A stretch of 64,000 bases of DNA from Dehalococcoidia bacterium (GCA_040902535.1 JBBDXD010000001.1:145161-209160); one strand, 5' to 3'. Positions 43,818 through 54,181 are shown, counted from the first letter of the stretch. Notes: a model not told the origin generated them from the sequence alone. Made by a program: numbers and translations.

Positions 43818-45043
43818 CAGCTTCCTGCCGCCTCCGCACCTATCGTCTGGCGTACGGGAACACGCTCGTGCTCGTTCAGCAATGGTTCCAGGATCGCCGA
43901 GAGCTGCTCGACGCGATTGTCCCAGGACTCGTTTCGCGCGGCATGCTGCCTCGCCATCGCGCGTTCCGGCGAGTCATGCGCCATCGCGTCTTCGACCGCG
44001 GCCAGGAACTCTTCGCTACTGCGTGCGAGCGTCATCTCGTCGCCGGCGTAGGGCCGCATCTCCGCCATGTCGGTCGCGACGATAGGCTTGCCCGCCGCCA
44101 TGTACTCGTACAGCTTCAGCGGGAAGACGTGATGCACGTAATCGTTCAGGACGTAGGGGATCAGGCACACGTCCATCGCCTTGATGTACGCAGGCAATTC
44201 TTCGATCTTGCGGTTGCCGAAGAAATGCACGTTGGGCAGCGCTTGCAGGCTCCCGAGATCCGTGTCCTTCTTGACCGGCCCCACCAGCGCGAACCACCAC
44301 TCCGGCCGCGCCTTCGCCAGGTACGTCAGCAGTTCGACGTCGAGCCGGAAGTCGATGACGCCGATGTACCCGATCACCTTGCCCGGGAGCCTCGCGATGT
44401 CATCAGGGATCTTCGTGTCAGGCGACGCTGCCGTCGCGAACAGACTGGTGTCCGCCCCTTCCGGCACGAAGTGCACATTCGGGTTCAGGTGCCGGCGCGA
44501 CTCCACCAGGTTACGCCCCGTGCAGACAATGAGGTCCGACTCCTTGCAGCATTCGATCTCGCGCGCGCGCACGCTAGCCGCCGGATGCCACCAGTAGGGC
44601 ACCGATGCGAAATCGTCGACGCAGTGGTACACGGTCAGCGACGGCTCCGTCGCTCGCCCGAGGTGCGGAAAAGATGGCTGGAAGTTCCAGTACACCGGAT
44701 CCCTGAAGCCGAGTCGCTTCGTCTGTCGCGCGAGCCATCGCCGCATGATGAATGCGTTGACGGCGTTCGCAACCTTGGTGTAGCGCAAGGGCAGGATGGG
44801 CGGCGGCGCGCCCGCGTAGACGTTCTTCGCCACCTTGCGATAGCCACGCCGCCATCGTCGAAACTGCTCCATCACCGCGCCGCGACGGCGGACGCCGGTA
44901 AACAACGACAGCGGCGAGATCGGCTGATCGACGAAGAAGATGCGATTGTGCTCCGCCAGCCTGCTCATGAACTGCTGCGGCGTGCCCCAGTGGTCGTCCC
45001 ACGTGACGAACGAAATGCAAACGATGTCGCGCCCTTTGATCAT
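43817..45043 (-). CDS. glycosyltransferase family 4 (GT-B)
   Basis: MIKGRDIVCISFVTWDDHWGTPQQ..., C-terminal ...RKIEELPAYIKAMDVCLIPY...YMAAGKPIVATDMAE. Confidence 0.75.
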   Translation of the reverse strand: MIKGRDIVCISFVTWDDHWGTPQQFMSRLAEHNRIFFVDQPISPLSLFTGVRRRGAVMEQFRRWRRGYRKVAKNVYAGAPPPILPLRYTKVANAVNAFIMRRWLARQTKRLGFRDPVYWNFQPSFPHLGRATEPSLTVYHCVDDFASVPYWWHPAASVRAREIECCKESDLIVCTGRNLVESRRHLNPNVHFVPEGADTSLFATAASPDTKIPDDIARLPGKVIGYIGVIDFRLDVELLTYLAKARPEWWFALVGPVKKDTDLGSLQALPNVHFFGNRKIEELPAYIKAMDVCLIPYVLNDYVHHVFPLKLYEYMAAGKPIVATDMAEMRPYAGDEMTLARSSEEFLAAVEDAMAHDSPERAMARQHAARNESWDNRVEQLSAILEPLLNEHERVPVRQTIGAEAAGS

Positions 45044-45063
45044 GCGGGATATTGCTCCACGTC

Positions 45064-46224
45064 CTACGACGCGACGGTGCTCGCCTCTGCGGCGAGGTGT
45101 TTGCGAGCGTGCTTCGGGAACGACCGTACGCCATCGATGACCTGCTGGATCTCCTGCTCCGTCAGGCCGGGGAACATCGGCAAGGACACGATGCGGCGCC
45201 AGAATTGCTCCGTCTCCGGCAACAGCTCCGTGCGGTAATCCTTGTAGACCGGGTGCAGGTGACTCGGCACGAAATGCACGTGACTGCCGACGCCGCGATC
45301 CCGCAGGTGGAGGATCAACGCGTCGCGGTCTTCCGCGGCCACCTGGATGACGTACTTGTGCTGCGACGTGAAGGCGTACTCCTTCGTCACGGGTGTCCGC
45401 AGCCAGTCCACGCCTGCCAACTCACGGTCGTAGATCGCGGCGATGTCGCGCCGGCGCTGGTTGTGCTTCTCCAGCTTGCGAAGCTGGACAATGCCGATCG
45501 CGGCCGACAGGTCGTTCATGTGGTGCCGGAACCCCAGCTCTTCCGTCTCGTGGTAGTAATCCATCTGGCCCGGCTCGGCCGGCGTTCCCGGCGGGCGCGA
45601 ATGCCCGAGCCAGCGCAGCTTGCGCATGCGGCGGTCCGTCGCGTCGTCGCTAAACGTGATCATGCCGCCCGCGCCCGTGGCGAGGTTCTTCACGGGGTCG
45701 AAGCTGAACGCGTTGATCCCGCCGAACGATCCGACCATGCGGCCCTTGTACTTCGAACCGCACGCGTGCGCGCTGTCCTGCAGCACTGGCAGATCGTGAC
45801 GAGCGGCAAGTTCGAGTATCGGGTCCATGTCGCAGGCGTGCCCGGCATAGTGCACGACGCAGACCGCCTTCGTCCGAGACGTGATGCAGCGCTCGATCTC
45901 GTCGAGGCGGATGTTGCCAGTATCTGGCTCGATGTCCGCGAATACGGGAATGCCGCCGCAGTACAGGATCGCGTGGTTCGTCGCGACGTAGGTCAGCGAC
46001 GTCGTGATGACCTCGCCGGCGGCGATATCGAGCACCGCGAAGCCCAGCTGCAGGGCTGAGGTGCCTGAGTTCACGCCGACCGCATGCTTCACCCCGATGT
46101 ACTCGGCGAATTTCTCTTCGAATTCTTTCGTCTTCGGTCCCAGGCCCAGGAAACCCTTCTCCATGGGCTCGCGCAGCGCCTCGTACTCCTCGTGGTCGAG
46201 CGAGGGTTTGAATACCGGAATCAT
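45064..46224 (-). CDS. DegT/DnrJ/EryC1/StrS-family PLP-dependent sugar aminotransferase
   Basis: ...GVNSGTSALQLG...AFSFDPVKNLATGAGGMITFSD has the active-site Lys in FDPVKN and is typical of nucleotide-sugar 3- or 4-aminotransferases. Confidence 0.85.
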   Translation of the reverse strand: MIPVFKPSLDHEEYEALREPMEKGFLGLGPKTKEFEEKFAEYIGVKHAVGVNSGTSALQLGFAVLDIAAGEVITTSLTYVATNHAILYCGGIPVFADIEPDTGNIRLDEIERCITSRTKAVCVVHYAGHACDMDPILELAARHDLPVLQDSAHACGSKYKGRMVGSFGGINAFSFDPVKNLATGAGGMITFSDDATDRRMRKLRWLGHSRPPGTPAEPGQMDYYHETEELGFRHHMNDLSAAIGIVQLRKLEKHNQRRRDIAAIYDRELAGVDWLRTPVTKEYAFTSQHKYVIQVAAEDRDALILHLRDRGVGSHVHFVPSHLHPVYKDYRTELLPETEQFWRRIVSLPMFPGLTEQEIQQVIDGVRSFPKHARKHLAAEASTVAS

Positions 46225-46308
46225 GTGTGAACTCCCCTTCTGTGCGCGTCGCTCGCCCTCAGCCGTCCTTGCCCGCGTCCCCGACGGCCAGCTTCGCCAT
46301 GGCCTTCT

Positions 46309-47358
46309 TTAGTCCTTAACGGCCTTGTCAAGTTTTTGTTTCGGGCACGGAGCGAGCCGCCCGCCCCCTAACGTTATGTCATCTTCCACGGCCGCGCGCC
46401 TCCCTGCAACCAAGCGGCGCACCATGCCCGCCGCCCGCCGCGCCGCCGCTACGTGCGCCGGCGCCAGCCCAAACGTCGTTCGGCTCCCCACCTCATCCCC
46501 CCACCGCGACTTGTAGCCCTCGCCGCAGCCAAGATCGATGACCTCATACGGCGACGTCGCCGACCAGCGGAAGATCCGCTCATCCAGGTGCACGCCGATG
46601 CCCGCCCGGTCATACCGCGGATCGCGGTAACTCTGCGCCATCACCAGCGTCGTGCCTTGGGCAAACATATTCACGCCTGCCACCGGCGCCCCATCGATGA
46701 GCAGTCTGAACGCGTGATACCTGCCACGCGCCGCCAGGTGCGCCGCGGCCGCGAGGATATCCGGCGTCGCGTCCGTCTCCCCCATAGGGTCGCCCGTCCA
46801 TTTGCGCCGCCACTGGTCGATCGTCCAGCGCGCTGCGTCTCCGCCGCCGACTTCGAACTCGATCGCGCCGAGCGCCTCCGTACGGCGCCGCGCTTTCCGC
46901 AGCCAGTCGCGGTTCCCCTTCATGGCCCAGTACGCGTCGAAATCAAGGCGCGTCGAGACGGTGTAGTGCGGCGACCGCTCGACGAAGCGCATGAGACGTC
47001 GGTCGGGCGTCGGACCGTCCCATTCGAACACGCGTACGTACACGCCCAGCGCGGACACGGCATCCCACAGTCTTCCCGGCGCGGCAGGCGCCCCGGCAAA
47101 CGGCACAACACCGTCGCACATGAACTGCCAGTGATGGTGCCGACGGCGCAGCGCGATGGCAGCTATAGGCGTGCCTTCGTCTCGCACGAGCGCGAACTTC
47201 TTCTGCGTACTCGATGCGGTCCTCGCGAGCATGCGGTAGAGGTCATGCGAGCACGTTTCCATCTCCGGCAGCTGCCCGAGCGCGGCATCCAACTCTCGTG
47301 ACCACGCGTCCGACCACGCCACGTGCAATCTCAGGCACCGTCCCGCCATCACATCCAC
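46309..47358 (-). CDS. CelD/FemAB-like GNAT acyltransferase (paralog B)
   Basis: About 345 aa. Shares ETCSHDL...LIALRRR..HW...GVV...ALG.FV.V.EW...Y.VSTR.DLDAYW...RDLRKARR...A.W.TIDRW...YHSFRLLIDG.PVAGMN with the adjacent ORF; the fold looks like Acetyltransf_6/CelD. Confidence 0.55.
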   Translation of the reverse strand: MDVMAGRCLRLHVAWSDAWSRELDAALGQLPEMETCSHDLYRMLARTASSTQKKFALVRDEGTPIAAIALRRRHHHWQFMCDGVVPFAGAPAAPGRLWDAVSALGVYVRVFEWDGPTPDRRLMRFVERSPHYTVSTRLDFDAYWAMKGNRDWLRKARRRTEALGAIEFEVGGGDAARWTIDQWRRKWTGDPMGETDATPDILAAAAHLAARGRYHAFRLLIDGAPVAGVNMFAQGTTLVMAQSYRDPRYDRAGIGVHLDERIFRWSATSPYEVIDLGCGEGYKSRWGDEVGSRTTFGLAPAHVAAARRAAGMVRRLVAGRRAAVEDDITLGGGRLAPCPKQKLDKAVKD

Positions 47359-48386
47359 CGCGTCGATTCAAATTCCCCGTGATCATCGACCACGCGGCTC
47401 TTCGGCGAGACGAAGTCCTTCATCCGCCGCGCTACGATCAGACCCTGCCGCGCCATCACCAGGTGCGGGGGCGCAACGCTGAATCGGGCTCGCACTCCAT
47501 CCGTCTCAGCCCAGCGCGCCTTGTATTCGAACCCGCCGCCCAGGTCAACGCGTTCATATGGCGACTGAGCACACCAGCGATAGAACAGCTCGTCCCGCCG
47601 CACGCCCGTGCCGGCTTTATCGAACTCCGGTTCACGCCCGCTGTTGGCGATCACCAGCGCCTTGCCGCGGACGGAAGCATTCATTCCCGCGACCGGGCGT
47701 CCATCGATCAGCAGCCGGAAGCTGTGATACTGGCCGCGACTCATGAGGTAGCTCGCGGCCACGCGGATATCAGGCGCCGCGACCGTCTCGGACCAGGGGT
47801 GGTCCGCCCACGTTTCTTCCCAGCGATCGATCGTCCATTCGGCGGCGCCGGGCTGATCCACCTCGAACGACACTTCTCCCAGTCGCGCGCAGCGGTTTCG
47901 CGCCTTGCGCAGGTCGCGCGCATGGTGACGCTCGCGCCAATACGCGTCCAGGTCGATACGCGTGGAGACGCGATACACCGCCTCGTACTGCACGAAGTGC
48001 ACGCGCTTCGACGCGGGGACAGGCGCCTCCCACTCGTTGACCCACACGAACAGGCCCAGCGCTGACAGCGCTTCGATTTCGCGGCCGGGCAGACACGGCG
48101 GAAGCGCGGCCGACACCACGCCCTCGGTGATCAGGTCCCAGTGGAGGTTCCGCCGCCGCAGCGCGATCAGGGCGACCGGGTCGTCACCGTCGGTGACCAG
48201 CGCCACGCGCTTCTGTGCCGGCGAAGGAGTATTGACCAGGAGCCGGAAGAGGTCGTGCGAACACGTTTCACCTTCTGGCAGCGCAAGCAGCGCATCGTCC
48301 AGCGCGCACTCCCACCGGTCGAACCAGTGCGCCTTCAACGTCCGCTCGGGTGCCATCCTTCTTTCGCGCAGCTTGAACATCGGCAT
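47349..48386 (-). CDS. CelD/FemAB-like GNAT acyltransferase (paralog A)
   Basis: Paralogous to 46309-47358 (about 45% identity by eye), with a 10-nt overlap. Confidence 0.55.
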   Translation of the reverse strand: MPMFKLRERRMAPERTLKAHWFDRWECALDDALLALPEGETCSHDLFRLLVNTPSPAQKRVALVTDGDDPVALIALRRRNLHWDLITEGVVSAALPPCLPGREIEALSALGLFVWVNEWEAPVPASKRVHFVQYEAVYRVSTRIDLDAYWRERHHARDLRKARNRCARLGEVSFEVDQPGAAEWTIDRWEETWADHPWSETVAAPDIRVAASYLMSRGQYHSFRLLIDGRPVAGMNASVRGKALVIANSGREPEFDKAGTGVRRDELFYRWCAQSPYERVDLGGGFEYKARWAETDGVRARFSVAPPHLVMARQGLIVARRMKDFVSPKSRVVDDHGEFESTRWM

Positions 48387-49846
48387 CAGTTCCCCATCCT
48401 GACTTCGACGGCCACCTGCTCAGGCGGCCCTGCGCGCTTCAGCAGCCCGCGCACGTCTTCGATCCGCACGATGCGTAGAGCCGCAACCGCAATGCCGAAC
48501 AGCGCCCCGACGAGCAGTGCTTCGGGCACCCACCATAACGGAAGCGCGTAGGTGATCAACGCTAGGACGCCGGCCACGGGCAACAGCCGTCCCGCCACCC
48601 AGAACGAGGGCACCTCGCCGACGGCCCGTCCCAGGATGTAGAGCGCAGCAACCAGGATCGCCACCTCGGTGACCACCATCGATGCCGCCGCGCCTTCCTT
48701 ACCGTACACCGGGATCAGCACGGCGTTTGCACTGAGATTGACAACAACGCTTGATCCGGCGAGAAAGAACAGCACGTTCTGACGGCCCGCTGCCAGCAGC
48801 CCGTATTCGGCGAGCACGCCCAGCCACAGGAACGGCACGGCCATCGCCAGCACCCGCACGCAGGTCACCGCCTGGTGATATTCGTCGCCGCCGAGCAGTT
48901 GCACCAGCGGTTCGGCGAAGAGCACCGCCGCGGTGACCAGCGCCATACCTCCGAGCGACAAGAGATCGTGGCAGCGCTGGTACATCGCCTTGAATTCGTC
49001 GGTGTGTCCGGACGCGAAGTATCTGCTCATGACCGGGAACGCCGACCCCACGAACAGCACGCTCAGCGGCACAGCCAGGTCGATCGAGCGAAAAGCGAAA
49101 CCATAGAACCCGACCGATTCGTTGTCGGTAAACCACTTGAGCAGCAACACGCCCAGGCGGTCGTAGCTCACCGTGAGCAACGCCGATCCGGCGATCGGCG
49201 CCACCTGTCGCACGAGCGTCCCGATGAACCCCCGGTCGAAGAGGAACCGCGGCTTCACGAACTGCCGCACAAAGATGAACGCGACGACGCTGCTCGCGAG
49301 CGCACCGACGTTGTAGGCGACCAACATCAGGATCAGGCCACCACCGGACATCGCGACGAGCACCATGCCGGCCAGCGAAACCCAACCCTGCGTGATACTC
49401 GAGAGCGCGATGAACTCCATCCGCATGTTCGCCTGGAAGGTCGCGGCGTACGTGCCCGCGATGATGGTCAGCGGAAACGACAGCGACGCAACCAGGATCG
49501 CCATCACCGTCTGCCCTGTGTCGCGGCCACCGAGGATCAGAGCGCCGCTGGCCGCGACGGCCGTGGAGAAGACCGCCATCCCCGTCCTGAGCGTCAGCAG
49601 GTTGCCCATGATCTCGTCGGGAGAGCGCTCGCCGGCGGTCAGATGACGCACCGCAATGACGTTGACGCCGAGATCGCTGAGGTTGGTGATGACGAGGAAC
49701 GCGAGGACAACCTGGTACTGTCCGTAGACATCTGGGCCCAGGTAGCGCGAAAGCAGCATGAGGGTAAGCAGCGATGCAGCGATGCTGACGCCGCGTCCGC
49801 CGAGTTGCACAATGCTATTACGCGCCACCTGCTGCGCTACCGTCAC
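48386..49846 (-). CDS. Wzx-type polysaccharide flippase (MOP superfamily), copy 2
   Basis: MTVAQQVARNSIVQLGGRGVSIAASLLTLMLLSRYLGPDVYGQYQVVLAF..., 12-14 TM helices; paralog of 51118-52581. Confidence 0.8.
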   Translation of the reverse strand: MTVAQQVARNSIVQLGGRGVSIAASLLTLMLLSRYLGPDVYGQYQVVLAFLVITNLSDLGVNVIAVRHLTAGERSPDEIMGNLLTLRTGMAVFSTAVAASGALILGGRDTGQTVMAILVASLSFPLTIIAGTYAATFQANMRMEFIALSSITQGWVSLAGMVLVAMSGGGLILMLVAYNVGALASSVVAFIFVRQFVKPRFLFDRGFIGTLVRQVAPIAGSALLTVSYDRLGVLLLKWFTDNESVGFYGFAFRSIDLAVPLSVLFVGSAFPVMSRYFASGHTDEFKAMYQRCHDLLSLGGMALVTAAVLFAEPLVQLLGGDEYHQAVTCVRVLAMAVPFLWLGVLAEYGLLAAGRQNVLFFLAGSSVVVNLSANAVLIPVYGKEGAAASMVVTEVAILVAALYILGRAVGEVPSFWVAGRLLPVAGVLALITYALPLWWVPEALLVGALFGIAVAALRIVRIEDVRGLLKRAGPPEQVAVEVRMGN

Positions 49847-49849
49847 GAA

Positions 49850-51121
49850 CTATCCTCCGGCGGCTATGCCGCCTATCCCCTCCTTAGCGGACATTCCCGG
49901 ATCCGCGCGATGGCGCTCGACGAGCGCCCTCAACAACCCATCGAGCCGTTCGACCGAGCGCTCCCACGTCCAGTGCGCCATGACGTGCTCGCGGCCCGCT
50001 TTGCTCATGCGCGCTCGCAGCAACTCGTCGTCCATCAGGCGAAGCACGGCATCGCCAAGTTGCTGTGGGTCGCGCTCGCAGAGGAAGCCCGTTTCGCCGT
50101 CGACGACCGTCTCGATCGGGCCGGCTTCGCGCACGGCGACGACGGGAGTGCCGCTGGCCATGGCCTCGAGCGCAACGAGGCCGAATGGCTCGAGATGAGG
50201 CGTGTACAGCATCGCCGAGGCGGTCTGGAATAAGCGCTTCACCTCCGCGTCCGGAACGCGTTCGCGGATGATCAACTCCACGCCGCAGTCTTTCGCGATG
50301 GTCTCAACATAGTGACGCTCTGGCGCGTACACGCGGTTGCAGACAAGCACGATCGGCGGCCGGTGGCCGGCCGGAATCGTCGCGATGGCGCGCACCGCCC
50401 AATCCACGCCCTTCGATGAAACCAGTTCGCCGACCATCAGCACGAAACGCTCGCGCGGACGCTCAGCGGGACGGAACGCTTCGACGTCCACGCCCGGATA
50501 GTTCACCTCGGGCGAGACTGCATACGCGCGGTTCGCATAGTCCGCTGTGTACTTCGAGTTGGCAATGACCAGCGACGCGCCGCGCGTGCCCTGGCGGTCC
50601 CAGCGCCGGATCAGTCCGCCCCAGTACGCGCGATTCCAGAGGCGGCGAGGCAGCGTCGTCAGGGAGTTCGAATTGTACGGGCGCCGCACCTTCGGCTCGT
50701 ACACATTGCGCATCGGCTCGTGACAGTAGTACGCGCTGAGAGTCTTCGTATGGCGCAGCACCATCGGCGCTTCCGTGTAGCCGCCAATGCTTGCGAACAA
50801 CACATCATACTTGCGCGCATCGATCCGGTCCGCAACGACTCGCGAAGCCTGCGCGAACCGCCACAGGTCGATCCAGACGAGCGGCACGTTGAGCGGCCGC
50901 AGCACACCCGGAAAGCGCGGAAGATCACTGAATGTCACGATCTCCGCGTGCTGGCCGAGTTCGTTGACATCCGGGTGCTGTACGCCGATCGAGTTGCGGT
51001 CGATGCTGTACAGGTCGACATCGTGAAGCTTCGCGAGGCGCGAGACGCATTCATACAGCCACCGTCGTCCGCCGCCCCAACCCACGTTGTAGTACACCGC
51101 AATCCGCAAACGGTCGCTCAA
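49850..51121 (-). CDS. glycosyltransferase family 4 (GT-B)
   Basis: C-terminal ...LYTPHLEPFGLVALEAMASGTPVVAVREAGPIETVVDGETGFLCE (classic GT1/GT4 EX7E region). Confidence 0.8.
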   Translation of the reverse strand: MSDRLRIAVYYNVGWGGGRRWLYECVSRLAKLHDVDLYSIDRNSIGVQHPDVNELGQHAEIVTFSDLPRFPGVLRPLNVPLVWIDLWRFAQASRVVADRIDARKYDVLFASIGGYTEAPMVLRHTKTLSAYYCHEPMRNVYEPKVRRPYNSNSLTTLPRRLWNRAYWGGLIRRWDRQGTRGASLVIANSKYTADYANRAYAVSPEVNYPGVDVEAFRPAERPRERFVLMVGELVSSKGVDWAVRAIATIPAGHRPPIVLVCNRVYAPERHYVETIAKDCGVELIIRERVPDAEVKRLFQTASAMLYTPHLEPFGLVALEAMASGTPVVAVREAGPIETVVDGETGFLCERDPQQLGDAVLRLMDDELLRARMSKAGREHVMAHWTWERSVERLDGLLRALVERHRADPGMSAKEGIGGIAAGG

Positions 51122-52581
51122 TGCCCGGCTCCCACCTCTACGCGCGTGCGGACGTTCACGGACTCTGACGTGGCGCGGCCCAGCAACGCTCGCACTTCGG
51201 AGAGAGAGATGACGCGCAGAAGGAGCACCCCCGCCCCGAACAGCAGCGCCACGATCGGCACCTCGACAGCCCAGTGCAAAGGCAGCGCATACACGACCGC
51301 CGCCGACAACAACGCGACCGGTACAAGCCTGGCGGCCAGCACAAACGACGGCACGTCCAGGGTGTAGCGCGCAACAATGACCATCGCCGGAATCAACACT
51401 GCGATCTCGGTCATCACCGTCGCGATCGCCGCGCCCTCCGCCCCGTAGAGCGGAATCAGCACGAGATTCGAGCCGACGTTCACCACCAGACCGCCGAGCG
51501 CGATCCAGAGCAGCGCTCCCTGCCGCCCGATGGCAATCAAGCCGTGGTCTGCCAGGTTCGAGAGCCAGATCAGCGCTACGGCGCCGACAAGCACCTGCAT
51601 GCTGACGACGGCTGGCGCATACTCCGCGCCGCCAATCACGTGCACGATCGGCGAGGCGAAGAGCACAATCATCGTCACAACGCCCACGGCGGCAATCGAC
51701 AGCACGTCGCAGGCACGCGCGTAGAGGCTGCGAAACTCGGCGTGGCGGCCTTCCGCAAAGTACCCGGACAGAAGGGGGAACACCGACCCGACAAAGAAGA
51801 AGCTCAACGGGAATGCCAGGTCGACGATCCGGTAGGCGAACCCGTAGTACCCGACCACCTCGTCGTCCGTGAACGCGCGCAGCAGCAGGACATCGAGGCG
51901 GCCGTACGCCGTAATGATCAGCACAGCCAGACCAAGCGGCGCCGCCTCGCGGAGCAGTCGCAGGCTATACGCCTGGTCGAAGGTGAATCTCGGCCGCACG
52001 TAGCGGCGCGCGAAGTAGACGCAGATCACGCTATTGACGAGTACGCCGGCGTTGTACGCGAAGAGCAGCCCGATCAGCCAGCTGCCGTTGGCGACGACCA
52101 GGAGCATGCAGACCAGCGTCACGACCGCTTGCGCGACATTGCCGATCGTCGCGAACTCCATGCGCAGGTTGGCGGCAAACGTCGCGTTGTAGGCGCCCGC
52201 GGCGATCATGAGCGGGAACGAAAGCGCCGCAACGGCAATTGCCGCCTTGATCTCGGCCGGATAGCCCACCAGGAAAGCGATCCCGATCGCGATGCCCGTC
52301 GAGCACGCCGCCAGCACCGACCGCACGACGACCACGTTGCCCATCAGGTCATCGGCGTCGCGCTCCGACGTCGCCAGGTGGCGGACAGCTAGCGTCGCGA
52401 CGCCGAAGTCGCTGACGTTCACGAGCAACAGGAACGCGATGACGAACTGATACTTGCCGAAGTCCTCAGGACCGAGATAGCGCGCGAGAAGGCTCAGCGT
52501 GCCGAGCGACACCGCCATGGTGATGCCCCGCCCGGCGAGCTGCACGATGCTGTTTCGTGCAACCGTCCGCGCTACCGTCAT
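51118..52581 (-). CDS. Wzx-type polysaccharide flippase (MOP superfamily), copy 1
   Basis: MTVARTVARNSIVQLAGRGITMAVSLGTLSLLARYLGPEDFGKYQFVIAF...; about 55% identical over the N-terminal 100 aa to copy 2. Confidence 0.8.
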   Translation of the reverse strand: MTVARTVARNSIVQLAGRGITMAVSLGTLSLLARYLGPEDFGKYQFVIAFLLLVNVSDFGVATLAVRHLATSERDADDLMGNVVVVRSVLAACSTGIAIGIAFLVGYPAEIKAAIAVAALSFPLMIAAGAYNATFAANLRMEFATIGNVAQAVVTLVCMLLVVANGSWLIGLLFAYNAGVLVNSVICVYFARRYVRPRFTFDQAYSLRLLREAAPLGLAVLIITAYGRLDVLLLRAFTDDEVVGYYGFAYRIVDLAFPLSFFFVGSVFPLLSGYFAEGRHAEFRSLYARACDVLSIAAVGVVTMIVLFASPIVHVIGGAEYAPAVVSMQVLVGAVALIWLSNLADHGLIAIGRQGALLWIALGGLVVNVGSNLVLIPLYGAEGAAIATVMTEIAVLIPAMVIVARYTLDVPSFVLAARLVPVALLSAAVVYALPLHWAVEVPIVALLFGAGVLLLRVISLSEVRALLGRATSESVNVRTRVEVGAGH

Positions 52582-52608
52582 GAGCTGCCTTCCTCACGCT
52601 GAGCGGGT

Positions 52609-54117
52609 CTAGGCTTCCGTCGCCTTGCAGTACACCAACCCCATGGCGTGAGCCCCCAGGCTGGTCAACTCATCGACGGTCTCTTCAACGCTTCGGCTGC
52701 TGGCCTGCCCTTCCGCCGCCACCACGACCACACCATCGACCACCGGCGCGATCACGGCCGAACCCGCCGATACCTCCATCGCCGGGCCGTCTACGACCAC
52801 CACGTCGAATTGGGTCTCCAGGTAACGCAGGAACTCGCGCGTCTCGGCAGAGGCGAGCAGTTCTGATGGATCGTTCATCTTCGTTCCCGCAGTCAACACG
52901 CTGAGCCGCGGGATCGGCGAAGACTGGATCGCGTCGAGTGCCGCTTCCGGCATGGGCTGCGTCGGACGCGCGCCGTTCTGCGAGATGAAGTTGTACAGAC
53001 CCGGCGACATGGGCAGGTTGAACAGCTTGTGCATGTCTGGCCGGTTGAGATTTGCATCCAGCAGCAGCACCCGCATCCCCGCCTGCGCCATTGCCATCGC
53101 CGTGTACGTGGCCACCGTCGTGTTTCCTTCCTCGGGGCGCGCGCTCGTGAACAGCACGCTCTTCCGCTGTTCTTCCAGCAGCCCCGTCTGAAGCTTGGTG
53201 GCTAGCAGACGGTAATCGGGCGAGATGGGCGGCGGCGGGTACTTCCAGCGGATCCCAAACGGGATCGAAGCCAGCACAGGAAGGCGTGTGACGCCTTCCA
53301 GATCCTTTACGTCGCGCAGCGTCGGGTCGATGTATTCGAGCACGAGCGCCAGCGCCGCGCCGACCAGCAGCCCCGCGAGCAGTCCGGCGGCCAGGTTGAA
53401 CCGCCAGCGCGGGCTCGATGGCCCGGCGGGCGCATCCGCCGGCTCGACGAGCGTGACACTCTGCGCGGCGCGCGCCTGCTCGAGGCGGGCTTCCTGGAGC
53501 TGCGTGATAAGCGTTTCGTACGTCCCTTGCGACGCTTCAACAATCGCCCGTTGGCTCTCCACCTGGGCGGCGCTGGCACCCGTGTCCTCGAGCTCCGTGA
53601 GGCGCGCCTGCTCGTCGATGAGCGTCTGGCGCGCGCCTTCGACCTGCTGGTTGAGGACGGCGGTGATGTTCGGAATCGTCACTTCGAGCGCTGCCGGATC
53701 CCCGAGCAGCGTCACCAACTCGTTGGCGATCGCGGCGGCCTCGTCCGCGTCGCCCGCCGTCGCCGTGATCTCGATCAGTTCGGTGCCGAACACGGCTCGC
53801 GTGCTGACGCGGCCCTTCAGCCCGGCGCCAGACGTATCAAGATCAAGGTTCTCCGCCACGACATCCAGGAAGGGCGTCGAACGGACCGTGAACGCAAAGT
53901 TATTGAGCGTGCGCTCCGCATCCCCTTCGCTCGATGCGCCACCGAGCGATCCGATGTCGATGCGGGCAGTCGCGGTCGATTCGTACGTCGGCGGCGTCCG
54001 GTAGCTCAGCATCGCCGCGCCGAATACGGCGAGCACAACTGGAATGATCAGCACCCACTTGCGCCGGTTCACCAGTTGCAGATAGCGCTCTAGTTGAAGG
54101 CGGCTCTCGTCGTTCAT
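52609..54117 (-). CDS. polysaccharide co-polymerase (Wzz domain) fused to BY-type tyrosine kinase (Wzc-like)
   Basis: N-terminal TM and Wzz-like periplasmic coiled-coil region, second TM. C-terminal P-loop VLFTSARPEEGNTTVATYTAMAMAQAG (Walker A'), VVVDGP (Walker B) and VVVVAAEGQAS. Confidence 0.8.
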   Translation of the reverse strand: MNDESRLQLERYLQLVNRRKWVLIIPVVLAVFGAAMLSYRTPPTYESTATARIDIGSLGGASSEGDAERTLNNFAFTVRSTPFLDVVAENLDLDTSGAGLKGRVSTRAVFGTELIEITATAGDADEAAAIANELVTLLGDPAALEVTIPNITAVLNQQVEGARQTLIDEQARLTELEDTGASAAQVESQRAIVEASQGTYETLITQLQEARLEQARAAQSVTLVEPADAPAGPSSPRWRFNLAAGLLAGLLVGAALALVLEYIDPTLRDVKDLEGVTRLPVLASIPFGIRWKYPPPPISPDYRLLATKLQTGLLEEQRKSVLFTSARPEEGNTTVATYTAMAMAQAGMRVLLLDANLNRPDMHKLFNLPMSPGLYNFISQNGARPTQPMPEAALDAIQSSPIPRLSVLTAGTKMNDPSELLASAETREFLRYLETQFDVVVVDGPAMEVSAGSAVIAPVVDGVVVVAAEGQASSRSVEETVDELTSLGAHAMGLVYCKATEA

Positions 54118-54181
54118 CTACGACCCGCCCCACGCGAATACAGTGCCCTCAATGGTGGTCGCTCCTTGTTCTGCGGCCTCC

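Noticed and set aside
43868-46059. Plus-strand ORFs 43868-45238 (456 aa) and 45052-46059 (335 aa)
   Set aside because: They are antisense to the GT4 and DegT genes. The reverse-strand products carry clear enzyme motifs (the FDPVKN Lys-PLP site and the EX7E-type region), whereas the plus-strand products are low-complexity.
48875-52392. Plus-strand ORFs 48875-50233 and 51274-52392 overlapping the Wzx and GT genes
   Set aside because: They are antisense shadows (Arg/Asp/His-rich). The reverse strand encodes coherent 12-TM flippases.
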